Below are positions 12,828-25,234 of a stretch of DNA of 64,000 nt, piece after piece. The notes under the pieces were generated by a model that ran no database searches, was not told where the DNA came from, and saw only the letters and a program-made list of their open reading frames with translations. The stretch is taken from assembly GCA_951406725.2 (NCBI GenBank), contig OX597825.1, positions 61,504,001 through 61,568,000 of the forward strand, in the 5' to 3' direction. The stretch comes from Octopus vulgaris (taxonomy: Eukaryota). Within the stretch, counting starts at the first letter, position 1. Each line of letters starts with the position of its first letter. A program made the position numbers and the translations under genes.

Positions 12828-12990
12828 CAACAGGCTTCTTTCAGTTTCCGTCTACCAAATCCACTCACAAGGCATTGGTTGGCCCGGGGCTATAGCAGAA
12901 GACACTTGCCCAAAATGCCACGCAGTGAGACTGAACCCGGAACCATGTGGTTGGTTAGCAAACTACTTACCACACAGCCACTCCTGCGCC
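12535..12990 (-). mobile_element. SINE family B, full length
   Basis: Complete head-to-tail match to the 8748 copy; an adjacent partial copy lies at 12180-12475. Confidence 0.9.
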
Positions 12991-13327
12991 TATATATAAA
13001 TTATTTTTTGAATGATTTAACTCAAAGCAGATAAAGCTATAAATAATAATGTGTAAATAATACACTAAAAAGCCCCATGGACAGAAAATTTTGGAGGTTG
13101 CTCATGGCACTTGAACCCACATCCACATCTCCTGTAGTAACCTGTCAAGCTCACAGGATATGTGGATTTGATTCTCACCAGCAACCTTCAGAATTTTCTA
13201 TGCAAAGGTCTTTTTTTAAATCTATTAATTACATACTAACATTTAAAGCTTTATCCGCTTTGAGGTAAACCTTCCAAAAGAAGAGATATTTCATGTTCTC
13301 TGGCAGTTTCTAAATATTTGTTGTGAC

Positions 13328-13354
<27 letters not shown>

Positions 13355-13358
<4 letters not shown>

Positions 13359-13760
13359 CAAATATAGGATAAAATTTTTCCAAAAAAATTCTATCAATGG
13401 CCAGCATATCAAAAAATACCTTTAAAGGTTAAATTTATAAACAACTTATAAACAAGGGCAAAAAAAATTCTAGTGCCAAATATGCCGAAAATAGACAAAT
13501 AGTCAATAACCATATAATTCATCACTCTCTTGGGAGAGTCATTTTCTTTTTGTGCCTTATAATTTAACACAACCACCAGTAAAATTTCCACTTATTACTT
13601 ATTTTTATTTTCCTAAAATTTTTCTTGCAACCTTTTCAATAGACTTGACTCTTAATTTATAAGGCACAAAAAGAAAATGACTCTCCTAAGACACAACAGA
13701 ATATGCTTCAACACACGAACTCACACAAAGAGTCTTGCAAACCAAATCCAAAAACGAAAA
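13355..13760. mobile_element. (TA)n-embedded repeat with partial inverted duplication (PLE-terminus-like)
   Basis: 13529-13565 is inverted at 13654-13691. A non-inverted homologue lies at 48256-48400. Confidence 0.6.
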
Positions 13761-13907
13761 ATATATATATATATAGAGAGAGAGAGAGATATATATAGAT
13801 ATATAGACACAAACATACATTCACACACACACACACACACATATATATAGGGAGAGAGAGAGAGAGAGAGAGAGCTGAAGCTAGCTAACTAGTGAGGGAG
13901 ATAGTTA

Positions 13908-13987
<80 letters not shown>

Positions 13988-14028
13988 TATAAATAAATAA
14001 TAAATCTCTGAGCGAGATATACTTCAGG

Positions 14029-14059
<31 letters not shown>

Positions 14060-14789
14060 AATGCCATGATATTTTCTTAACTTCAATACTTTCTTCTCAT
14101 TCTATATACTGTATTTTTCAACAAATATGTTAACTCTGATGGTGTTTTCATTTTATTCATTTAAACTAAATGAAACATAAAACTTCCTAACATCAATGAA
14201 AATATCTAAAACTTTTTTTATTCATTTTATTTTATAGTTTATTTCTGGAAAATATTGTTTCAATAATAGCTCATTTGATTTTGAATTTGATAAAAATGAA
14301 AAGGTTTAACACAGATGCAAATGGAGTATATGAAAATCAGAGCCCACCTCTAAGGGAAATATTTATAAAAAAAAAATAGTCAAAAAGTTGAAATAAAATA
14401 AACAAAAAACCCCAGCAGATTTTGATGCAAAACAATATGTCCATTGATTAAGCTGTTAAACAACAAGGTTCATATTGATTAATTGGAAATCAATAATGTT
14501 CTTATTGACTTTATACTAAACAATAATTCTAATGTTGATATTGACTAAAGAGTAAACAATAAAAAGTATTTTATCAAATTGTAGAGTAAATATTTGGTTT
14601 GCAAATATATCAATCTGTATGTATAGCTTTAAATTGCAATGTCCTCAGTCAATTTAATTTTGGCTGAATGGTATTAACAATGCTCTACAATATCCTAGTT
14701 TAATGGTTCAAATTCTACCTCTCTTTAAGTATCTGCTTCGCTTTAGTTTACTTTCCACAGATGGACATTATGCACTACTTCAACTTTTT

Positions 14790-15017
14790 TACTCATTTAC
14801 TCTTTTACTTGTTTCAGTCATTTGACTGCGGCCATGCTGGAGCAACGCTTTTAGTCGAGCAAATCGACCCCAGGACTTATTCTTTGTAAGCCTAGTACTT
14901 ATTCTATCGGCCTCTTTTGCCAAACCGCTAAGTTACAGGGACGTAAACACACCACCTTCGGTTGTCAAGCGATGTTGGGGAGACAAACACAGACACACAA
15001 AAATATACACACACATG

Positions 15018-15067
<50 letters not shown>

Positions 15068-15233
15068 TACGATGGGCTTTTCTCAGTTTCCGTCTACCAA
15101 ATCCACCCACAAGGCTTCGGTTGGCCTGAGGCTATAGTAGAAGACACTTGCCAAAGGTGCCACGCAGTGGAACTGAACCCGGAACCATGTGGTTCGTAAG
15201 CAAGCTACTTACCACACAGCCACTCCTACGCCT
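14790..15233 (-). mobile_element. SINE family B, full length
   Basis: Complete match to the family, with CpGs largely retained. Confidence 0.9.
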
Positions 15234-15949
15234 ATTTGTTAACAATAGTTTCTGATGCAGGAACATTGCCAGCAATTTTAAGACTGGTACTATGTTTTAT
15301 TGAGCAACAGGATTGAGTCAATCTTGAACATCAGCTTTGGCATGGTTTCTATAGCTGAATGCTCTTCCATTATGCCAACCAATTTACAGAGAGTACTGAG
15401 TGTTTTGCTTGAGGCAGTGATACTAGCGAGGTTGCTATGTAACTTGCAAGACAACCTCTACACATGTTTCTTTGATGAAGCCCAGACCTGTATTCAAGCA
15501 TCATTCTGCTGACCTTACTAATCATCTCTTTTCAAAGAGAACCATTTAGATATTTTCTCAGTAGTCTATGCATTGTTCTTGATAGCATTTCTGCTCATTC
15601 TTGTAATGACCACTGTTCTATATGCTTTGCTCGGAGTATGACCTGCAAACTCTTGACTGAAAACTCCATTGACAAACACCTTATATTCAATCTTTCCTGG
15701 TGGCAATTCTTCACCAGAATATGCCCCAGTGTATATGCCCCAGTCTTACTCAGATAAGCAATCATAAACATAAACTTAAATTAATATGTTTTAAAAACAT
15801 ATTAATATATCTAGTAAATTGGAGCCCATGTGTTTAAAATGTGAGTCTACACTGCATCATAGATCTATAAGTGCATGCCTTGACAAAATAGTTCTTTTGC
15901 ATTTTTAGGTTAGCCATACATCCATGCATCTTCTCTGCTGTCTGTTGCT

Positions 15950-16300
15950 GGGAGAGTCAAGGGGATAGACTCCACAGGCACTGCCTCCTTATGGCCCCAT
16001 CAGAATCAGCCATCATCAGACTTTCCAACCAGGTTCCCAAGTGGGACCAACTGTGTTTGGATATTATCCAATTATCCAATTCTTGGCCTACCATTAGGTC
16101 TCCTGCGGATTGACTCAGCTTGGAGAATCCTTCTTGTGATTCTTTCCTGTGACATTCCATATAGTACCAGAACTATGATCTTGCAATTCAGAGAAGTAGT
16201 GACCCAACCCAAAGAGGCTGCCTGATCTCTGAGTTATGCCCCCTATTGAATAACATCACACTAGAAATCGTTCACAATTCTATTCCCATTCTGTGATTGT
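15950..16300 (-). pseudogene. Decayed RTE-type LINE C-terminal fragment
   Basis: Minus frame HNSEIRQPLWVGSLLL resembles HSSEIRVSFQVKSLFL in the fragment at 51660-52060. Confidence 0.5.
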
Positions 16301-16334
16301 ACTCTTTTGTCATTACTCAACATTCATGACCCTC

Positions 16335-16745
16335 AGTGCTATTATACGGCAGTGGAACATCGATGCTGACAAAGAAATTATCAAACAGGCTAGATGGCTG
16401 CTATACAAGGATGCCATGAATGGCTCTAAATGTAAAATGGCAGAAACATATGACAGATGAATACCTTGATGGAGATCTACCAAAAGTAACTGAAAAGATC
16501 AGGCAGACATCTGCAACTATCTGATCTGGTCACCACATGCGATATCCTGAACTGGAAGAATTGAAATTAATCTTATGGAACCCACTTCATGATGATGTAA
16601 GTAAAGGAAATCTTTGTCACACTTACAGTGACAATTTGATCTCAGACACTGGCCTGAAATGTATCCAAGATCTTGAGACAGTGATGTGGACTGAGAAGTG
16701 TGGTGGGTGGAATTTGTTGCTGTGGCCTGAGTTGGAACCCAGCCA
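16335..16745 (+). pseudogene. Decayed RTE/RTE-X-like LINE 3' end
   Basis: LLYGSGT..LTKKLSNRLDGCYTRM..MALNVKWQKHMTDEYL.GDLPKVTEKIRQ; same family at 61990-62500. Confidence 0.75.
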
Positions 16746-18037
16746 TAAAAAGAAGAAAAAATTCCCATTGGTGAGATAAGGTCCAAAAACTGAATTGAAG
16801 GTAGCAAGTTTGGCATTTTTAACAAACTCTCAGCTTTCTGGGTTAACTCATCTATAAATTGGTACTAATTTATTGCCAGTTAAAATCGTCAGATTATGAA
16901 ATGCTTGCATCAATAACTAATGCAAAATGAACATTTTGAAAACCATCAAATCTCACATTTTTTATTTTATTTTTAATGTTTTAGATCAATGTTTTTCTTT
17001 AACATTGGCACTGGTGAAGTGGTTTTGCAAATTTACATATTATTGGAACAAACAATTTTAAAGTTGGATAACCTTCTACCACTAATCATTCAACCACAAA
17101 ACCAAGACAGGAAACCTATGTTTAGCTATGCAGATTGTGTTGTGCTAGGCTGATCAACTTGTCCAGTAAAATTTCACAGCCTCTGTTTCTTTTAACATGT
17201 AACAATACATTAGACAGTCAGAATAGATCAGTGCCAACAACATTTAACAATTCAAATTAGATTAGAATAGTTGATTGTTATATTATTGAATACCTAATGT
17301 AACCAAGTAATATTAAGCTGAATACAATTTGAATAGCTTTATTGAGAACACCTGTTAAATATTTCTCATAGTTCATAGGTTGACTGACCTATTGATTAAC
17401 CACTGTATGCAAGGGAAGGAAAATTGATGTAATTGATGACAAAATAAAATGATTTAAAAGTGTTAGTAATAGCACAAATCTCTCCCCCCCCCCCACCAAA
17501 ACAAGCAGTTTTTCGTTTGAAATTTTTGCATGAACATGTAAATAATTATTTAAATTGATTGCAGGAAAGGGTATACCAACTAAAAATGACTGTGATTGAT
17601 AACTTGGAAGCTGACACGAAGATATAATAGATAGCATGTTATAACATAATGTATTATACTAAAATGTCATTTTGCTCCACTATAATAAATAATCACAAAA
17701 TAAATAGCTCTTCATACAATGCGGTCTATTTGTAACTAGATGTAAAACATGTAATTTTTGGCTGTTACTGCTGACCATTAAAACCTTTTAGAAAGAAATC
17801 CTTGAAGTTTGTAATTTCAATTATAAGATCTGGAAATTGCAAAGAGTTAAGTTTCATTTTGGCGCAACAATAATAAATCTATATTTATGATTTTATCTAT
17901 TTTGCATCTATTACCAAGTAAGGTATATTTCCAAAGACTATTTGTATAATAGCTTCAGCTGTGAAACCATAGAAATATTTATTGATTCACGCACACACAC
18001 ACACACACAATACATATATACATACATATATATGTAT

Positions 18038-18070
<33 letters not shown>

Positions 18071-18107
18071 AATATATATACATGTATATATATACACACA
18101 CACACAG

Positions 18108-18158
<51 letters not shown>

Positions 18159-18199
18159 CACATGCGCACACACATGCACGCATGCACACACACACAAAC

Positions 18200-19960
18200 A
18201 ACAGCTATAGCTCTAGAAGTGAGGTGGGAACGAAGCTGCTGGAGTTTTGTAATGCACATAGTTTTCTGGTCTTCCACACCATCTTCAAGAAATCTGCTAG
18301 CCATCTGGTCACTTATCACTCTGGTGGGCACACTAGGCCAGATTGACTACATTCTCACCAGAAATAGGGGCAGGCATATGCTTGGGAATGCAAAATCCTT
18401 CCCTAGTGAAGAATGTACAACTCAACATAAGCTAGTGGTTAGCAACTTCAGATGCGTGAAGGATCCAGATATGGAAAAGGGGGTTATGGAAGCTCAAGGA
18501 TCTCGCAAATGGGTAGAGATTTAGAGATGTTCTTAAAGAAGCCTTTGATGAGAAGGAGGAATAGATAGGCACAATACATAGAAGACAGTTCTTATGGGAC
18601 TATCTATTGAGAGTGACAGACTAAATCTGTGGTGGGAATGAAACCCCTACCAGACCAAGGTTGATACGATGGTGAAACAGTGAGATTGATAGGGCCATAA
18701 AAGAGAAGTGATGGGTTTGGAAAGAGTGTAAAAGTAAGGGTAGCAAAGACTCATATCAGATAGCTAAAAGGGAAGCTAAGTGCAGGTTTATCTAGGTAGG
18801 GCAGAAACAGAAAAGAAGAGATTTGTCAATGTCCTATAACATGGAGATCAAAGACTTGAGGTGTTCCAGGTTGCTAGACAGTATGTCAGAGAGAATCAAG
18901 ATGTTGTGGAAGAGAAGTGGTGTACAACAAAGTAATAATGGTATATTTGCCATTAGTGTTTCTGAAATGAAAACAGCATAGTAGAGGTACTATGTAAGGC
19001 TGTCAAATGTAGAGAATGAATAAGAGAAATGGAATCACCCTCAGGTGAACCAAGCAAAAGGACCAGTTATCCTGGTCGACAACAGTATGATAGATAAGGC
19101 AATTAAAGATATGAAGACACAGAAAGCCCCTGGTCTATCAGGAGTCACTGCTGAGATGCTTAAAATACCTGGTAAAGTAGATTACAGTCTAGTTACCCAC
19201 ATAGTTAATCAGGTTATTCAGGAAGGCACAATCCACAGTGACTAGTGTATCAGCAACAGAGTCAGCTGCTACAAGGAGGCATCTTAAATTTATATAATTA
19301 TAGAGGCATCAAATTGTTGGTCCAGGTGTTGAAAGTTACAGAGAGAGATGCAACTCAATTTATTAGGAACAGAATTAAACTGGATGAAATGCAGTATGGC
19401 TTTATCCTTGGGGGTAGCACTACCAAAGCTATAGTCAGGCAACTTCAAGACAAGTATTTTGCCAAGAATAAGCCATTATACTTGTCATTTGTTGGTTTAG
19501 AAAAGCCTATGATAGAGTACCCTGATGTGTGATATGGTGGTTTCTGAGGACACCAGGAGTAGACAAATGGTTTGTGAAAGCAGTAAAGGCCATGTATAAA
19601 GTCTCTGTCAATTAGGTGAGAGTTAACCATGAGTACAGTGATGAATTTGGTGTACAGGTAGGCGTCCATTAGGGCTAGGTCCACAGTCCCCGCCTCTTCA
19701 TCATTGTCTTGCAGGCCATAACAGAAGAATTCAAGATCAGCTGCTCCTAGGTTCTGTTATATGCTAATGGCCTTGCTCTCATGACAGATCCTGTGACAGA
19801 ATTAGAAAAGAAATTCCACATGTGAAAGTGGAATTGAAGTGTCATAAAGTTAGTTTAGCAAAGACTAAGGTTTTAGTAAGCAAGAAAACACACAGGACCA
19901 TCACCTGATGGCCATGCTTGATATGTAGGAAAGGTGCTAGTATGATCCACTGGATGTACA
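18200..19960 (+). pseudogene. Decayed RTE-clade LINE ORF (AP endonuclease C-terminus plus reverse transcriptase)
   Basis: LLEFCNAH, LVTYHSGGH.QIDYIL, QHKLVV, KAPGLSGVTAEMLK, NYRGIKLL, DEMQYGF, and LLYANG (decayed YADD), with many stops and frameshifts. Confidence 0.9.
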
Positions 19961-20091
19961 ATGTAAGTTTACATGTGTGGAGGCTCTGTGTACTGAGAGA
20001 AAAGTTAAGCATAAGAGGAATTAGATGTAGTGTACAAATATTAAATCGATATTGAAGATGATGATAATGATGATACATTTATACACATATC

Positions 20092-20313
20092 TATGAGGTG
20101 AGGCTGAAAAGTTCCTGGTTTTGGGTAAAAAAAAAATACAGGAGGATCGGTTAATTATGAGTTTATGCAACATATTCCCCTCTCAGATTCCCATATTTAT
20201 TGCCGTGGTCTTTCAGTTTTTCTAAGCCCTGTAAAAGAACTTGGAAGGTTGGGCCTCCAACCAGACCTCTTGTGATACCCTTAAAGTCAGGAACTTTTCA
20301 GCACACCTTCATA
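20092..20313. mobile_element. mariner-derived MITE
   Basis: TIRs TATGAGGTGAGGCTGAAAAGTTCCTG / CAGGAACTTTTCAGCACACCTTCATA with TA ends. Confidence 0.8.
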
Positions 20314-20429
20314 TTTTTCTCTCTCTCTTTATATGCACCCCCACACACTCACATACACACATACACAAACACAGGGACAAAATTATTGAAAGAGATTGCT
20401 AGATAAGGTTTTTTATTATTTAATTGGTT

Positions 20430-20960
20430 CACTTTTAACATCTATGTCAACTTCAGTACACCAAGAAGCTGACTTGCTAAAATTCTGTATCAATGTTAGA
20501 GGAAGTAAAACCTGCTTCAGCCCTTTCAGTGATGATGGAGTGAAGCAAAGGCACCATAACTTTGATTATATTGAGATCTGGTGATTGTTGGAGCCTAGCC
20601 AAGTGGTCTGCTTCGCTATTGTGCTCCTTGTACCAATTTTGAATTACACTAGCTGCGTGAATTGATGCACTATTCTGAAAGATTGTGCTACAATTATTTC
20701 ATGATTATTTCATGTGAAGGACATGATCAGCCAAGATACTCAGATAAGCCTTGACATTAACTCTGCTATGTAGAATAGCTGAATGCCTAAGAGAATGCAG
20801 TGATATGGCCACAAAAATCATCACCGAGTCATCTCCATGCTTCACAACTGGAACCAAATAGTTTTGGTTGAAAGCTTTACTATATGCATACTCTCACTTC
20901 AAAGGGAAAAAGTGTGAAAGAGGATTCATCAGAGAAGATGACATTGTTTTACTAAGCCAT
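20430..20960 (-). pseudogene. Decayed Tc1 transposase fragment
   Basis: Minus frames give VIFSDESSF, PVVKHGDDSVMI, YLSILADHV and QSPDLNII. Confidence 0.8.
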
Positions 20961-21030
20961 TAATGAAGGACAGATGAAATTAAGCCAATGCAGCCAATGT
21001 AAATCTTATAACATTTGAAGCATGTTACAT

Positions 21031-21190
21031 CACCTGATGAAGCTCCTTGCACAGTGCATTGCATCTGATGTCATTATATCATCCTACACCCACTAGGGGA
21101 GCAGTGCAGAACAAAGCCGAAATGATTGTTGTGCTAATAAAGCTTCTAGTTACATTCTGTCTTCTGTATCAAAGATTTAAAGCATACATA
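21031..21190 (+). ncRNA. Decayed HHR with long stem II, followed by AATAAA and (TA)n (PLE pseudo-LTR-like end)
   Basis: CAC CTGATGA AGCT...AGCC GAAA TGATTGTT GTG. Stem III ATGATTGT equals a CpG-decayed palindrome ACGATCGT. Confidence 0.55.
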
Positions 21191-21204
21191 TATATATATA
21201 TATT

Positions 21205-21545
21205 TATAAGACCACCAGCCCTCTTTCACACACACATACATACTCTCTTATACACACACACACCTTCGTGTTGGGGGTCATCTTTACTTTGCTATCTCCC
21301 CTACTTCTTCGCTCTCCTGTGTGACCCTTCTGTCCAGTAGTCGCCATGATAGATCTGTAGCCACTACACGCATTTATTTTCTCTCCTTGTTTCTCTCCTT
21401 GTTTTTTTCTGCGTCCCTTTTGTAGAAGAGCATAGGCTCAAAATGTAAAATACTTTTTCAATTTCCTGAGCATTATACTAATACATCTGTTTGTATTATA
21501 CACCACTCGTCTTCGTCTTTTGTTTTTTTCATGAACTTTCCCCTA
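21205..21545 (+). mobile_element. (TA)n-flanked repeat family with a non-canonical HHR-like motif
   Basis: Homologous to 26275-26375(+) and 40719-40885(-). Motif (C)TGTAGAA GAGC GTAG GCTC GAAA CGT(A/T) AAA. Confidence 0.65.
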
Positions 21546-21596
21546 TATATATAAATATAAAGTAAAAATATTAGGTTTTTTTTCTCTAATTTATAT

Positions 21597-21644
<48 letters not shown>

Positions 21645-21755
21645 CTGCTCACTTAGCCAGCGGGGTGGCATCATTCGAAGGCTAAAACAATGTGAACGCA
21701 TTGTGACCAGCGATGTGTAACAACATCTGATGGTCTGGTCGGTCACGTGATCACA

Positions 21756-21792
<37 letters not shown>

Positions 21793-23250
21793 TTGGATGA
21801 TCAGTATTTATTCTATATAAATGTGAATAATATCTATGTTTAACATGTTAAACTGCCAAAGTTGATTTTCCTTATTTTCTTCTTCTCCTTCAGTTTTATC
21901 AACACTTATATGATATCCCATAAATAATAATAGGTCTTCAAATGGAGTTGTATATGACATATCAGCGATTGTGTGAGATGTATTGTTCCAGCTTCCTTTA
22001 CCACCACCAAAGTGTTCTAACAGTAAGTATTTGATGAATAGGCAAACCAATATCTTCATATCTCTAGCTCTGCTAATTCTATTCATTTGGGAAATATATA
22101 ATTATCAATCAATATATTTAAGCATTGTTATGAAGGTGTGTTTATGATAACATTTATCGACATGTAGAAATACTTGAAAGTTCTAAATTAAAATCATTAA
22201 ATATGCATTCATTTGGGATTATCTATTATGCATTATTTAAGGAATGCATATGAAAAATATTTTTCTCTCCTTAAATTGAATGAACGATAGTGTCATACAT
22301 TCTATTAAATTTGCCTTTTAATCAAATCAATTTAATTATAATGCTGTTACATATTAATTAGTATATGTTTCATAATTTTTCTTTCATTCATCATCTTTAT
22401 TACTAAATACAAAGCATCATTAGCTTGCTAATTGAAGATGTATAGTACCATCTTCAGATTCTAATTTCAAGTATTTGATAAACATTTACTAATTCTATAC
22501 CATCAGGAGTGCACCATTTAACTACCATTTTCGGTTAGAACAACTTTTAGCCACAATATATTACAAGGAGCAAAGATATTGTTATTGTTGTTGTTGTCAT
22601 CATCGTCATCATCATCATCATCCTCATCATCATTCCCTCCATCTTCCTTTTTTCTCCTCCTCTCTTCTTTCCCCTCCTGCTCTACTTCCTATTTTCTTTC
22701 CTCACCCCTCATCCCACTTCCCCTCCTCTCTCTCTCCCTCTCACCCCTCCTATTTTTGACCTCCACCTCTCTTCTTCCCTCTCCTCTCCTCCTCTCCACC
22801 TCTCTTCTGTAAATGTTCATCTTCCATGCTGCCACTGGTTGAACAAGTTGACAGTCTCTGATGGTTCTGAAAAATGCATTGTACTCCAATGTCTCCTTTG
22901 GCATGATTTCCTTTTGTAACCAGATGCACTTTCTAATACCAAAAACCTTATCGAGTGAATAGGAAACTGATTAACATTATATAATGCAAAGGGCAGAAAA
23001 CTGACAGAATCATACACGCCCGCGCATACACACTGGGCATAATACTTTGTGGCATTTCAACCATCTTAATGTTCCGAGTTTAAATTCCACCGAGGTTGAC
23101 TTTGCCTTACATCGTTTCAAGGGTCGGTAAAATAAGTACCAGCTGAACAGTGGGGTCGATGTAATTGATTAATCATCAACCAATATATTTAAATATCGAA
23201 ATATCATTATTTCTAATTCTCTCTAAAGGAGACTACAGCAGCGGTACTGG

Positions 23251-23618
23251 ATATTAATAGTTATCGCCAAGCTAATATGGCAGTCCAGAAAAATAGGATG
23301 AATGCTGCCGTTGATTAGCTCCAAGAAGGCATCGCCTCTAGCTAGCTATGTGACACACAAACCTGTGTCCATTATAACCTTCGAACAGGGGAGGTCAGCA
23401 GCTTTCCCTTGCAGGTCTGGCCCCCACAGACTAATTTCGAGGTGGTTGCCTCTTATCAATGTGGAGTAGCCGAACCTCCCCTGTTTGAAGGTTATAATGG
23501 ACACAGGTTTGTATGTCACATAGCTAGCTAGAGGCGATGGCCTCTTGGAGCTAATCAACAGCAGCATTTGTCCTATTTTTCTGGACTGCCATGTTAGCTT
23601 GGCGATAACTATTAATAT
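23251..23618. mobile_element. Palindromic MITE with ~145-bp arms
   Basis: Arms 23251-23395 and 23474-23618 are near-perfect reverse complements; ends TTAA-TAGTT...AACTA-TTAA. Confidence 0.9.
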
Positions 23619-23780
23619 ATTCAAATATCGTTATGAAGATGTGTTTATGATAACAATTATCAACATATAGAAATACTTAAAAGTACTAAATTAAAATTAT
23701 TATATATGTATACATCTGGGAGTATCTATAATGCATTATTTAAGGAATGCATATGAAAAATATTTTTCTCTCCTTAAATT

Positions 23781-24191
23781 TATTTCTTTATTGCCCACAA
23801 AGGTCTAAACATAGAGGGGACAAACAAGGACAGACAAAGGTATTAAGTTGATTACATCGACCCAGTGCATAACTGGTACTTATTTAATCGACCCCAAAAG
23901 AATGAAAGGCAAAGTTGACCTCAGCTGAATTTGAACTCAAAACATAATGGCAGATGAAATGCCTATTTTATTACTACCCACAAGGGGCTAAACACAGAGG
24001 GGACAAACACGGACAGACAAACGGAGTAAGTTGATTATATCGACCCCAGTGTGTAACTGGTACTTAATTTATCGACCTTGAAAGGATGAAAGGCAAAGTC
24101 AACCTCAGCAGAATTTGAACTCAGAACGTAATGGCAGACGAAATACCACTAAGCATTTCGCTCAGCATCCTAATGATTCAGCTAGCTCGCC
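23781..24191 (-). mobile_element. SINE family C dimer
   Basis: One head and two bodies, junction at ~23963. Interrupts a copy of the segment 22110-22410. Confidence 0.88.
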
Positions 24192-24702
24192 AAATGAATG
24201 ATAGTGTCATGCATTCTATTAAATTTGCCTTTTAATCAAATCAATTTAATTATAATGCTGTTACATATTAAATATGTATGCTTCCTAATTGTTTTTTCAT
24301 TCATCATCTTATTACTAAAGGCATTTATTCCCCCTCCTCTAAAATTGCTGGCCTTGTGCCAAAATTTGAAACCATTATTACTTATTATTAAGGCGACAAA
24401 CTGGCAGAATCGTTAGCCTTTCATCTTTTTGAGGTTGGTTGATGAAATAAGTATCAATTAAGTATCGGGGTTAATGTATTTGACTTGCACCTTCCTTCAC
24501 GATGCTGACTGAAATTTGAAATCAATATTATATAAAGCATTTAATATTCCTGCTTATTTCAACTATGGTATATGTTGTCTCATTTTAGTCTTCCTGGTTT
24601 GCTTTTTTCTAACAGCTAAAACAATACCACAAAAGCCATAGGCACACACATGCTCTTATGCATATGTGTATATTCAGCAAAACCATTCAAGATTGTGCTT
24701 GA

Positions 24703-24909
24703 ACGGCGAGCTGGCAGAAACGTTAGTGCATCGGGCGAAATGCTCAGCGGTATTTCGTCTGTCGATACGTTCTGAGTTCAAATTCCGTCGAGGTCGACTT
24801 TGCCTTTCATCCTTTCGGGGTCGATTAAATAAGTACCAGTTACGCACTGGGATCGATTTAATCTGTTTGTCTGTCCTTGTTTGTCCCCTCTGTGGGTAGT
24901 AAAGAAATA
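24703..24909 (+). mobile_element. SINE family C monomer
   Basis: TSD AAGATTGTGCTTGA. Other monomers at 36453-36680(-), 46519-46746(-), 54680-54880(+) and 61103-61313(-). Confidence 0.9.
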
Positions 24910-25234
24910 AGATTGTGCTTGAGCATGGGTGTAGTTCAATTAGTGGAACAAGTAAAAGATAAAAGATATATATATATAAATATGTGTGTGTGTATGTATT
25001 TATGTGTGTGTGCCTGTGCTTGTCAATGCTGCCATTGTTTGACAACCAATGCCAGTTTGCAGCTTTGTTATGTTGTGGCTTGGCAAAAGAGAGTAATAGG
25101 ATAAGTACTAGGATAAAAAAGAATGAGTCCTGGGATTGATTTCTTATATTAAAAACCCTTTAAGATGATGTTCCAGCATGGCTGCAGTTAAAATGTGTGT
25201 GTGTGTGAATATATATATATATATATATACGAGG

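Noticed and set aside
21641-21690. Possible SECIS on the minus strand (AUGA...)
   Set aside because: No matching GA quartet or apical AA geometry could be built.
21894-22022. Segment with a good acceptor and GTAAGT donor
   Set aside because: Stops in all three frames; cannot be supported without transcript data.
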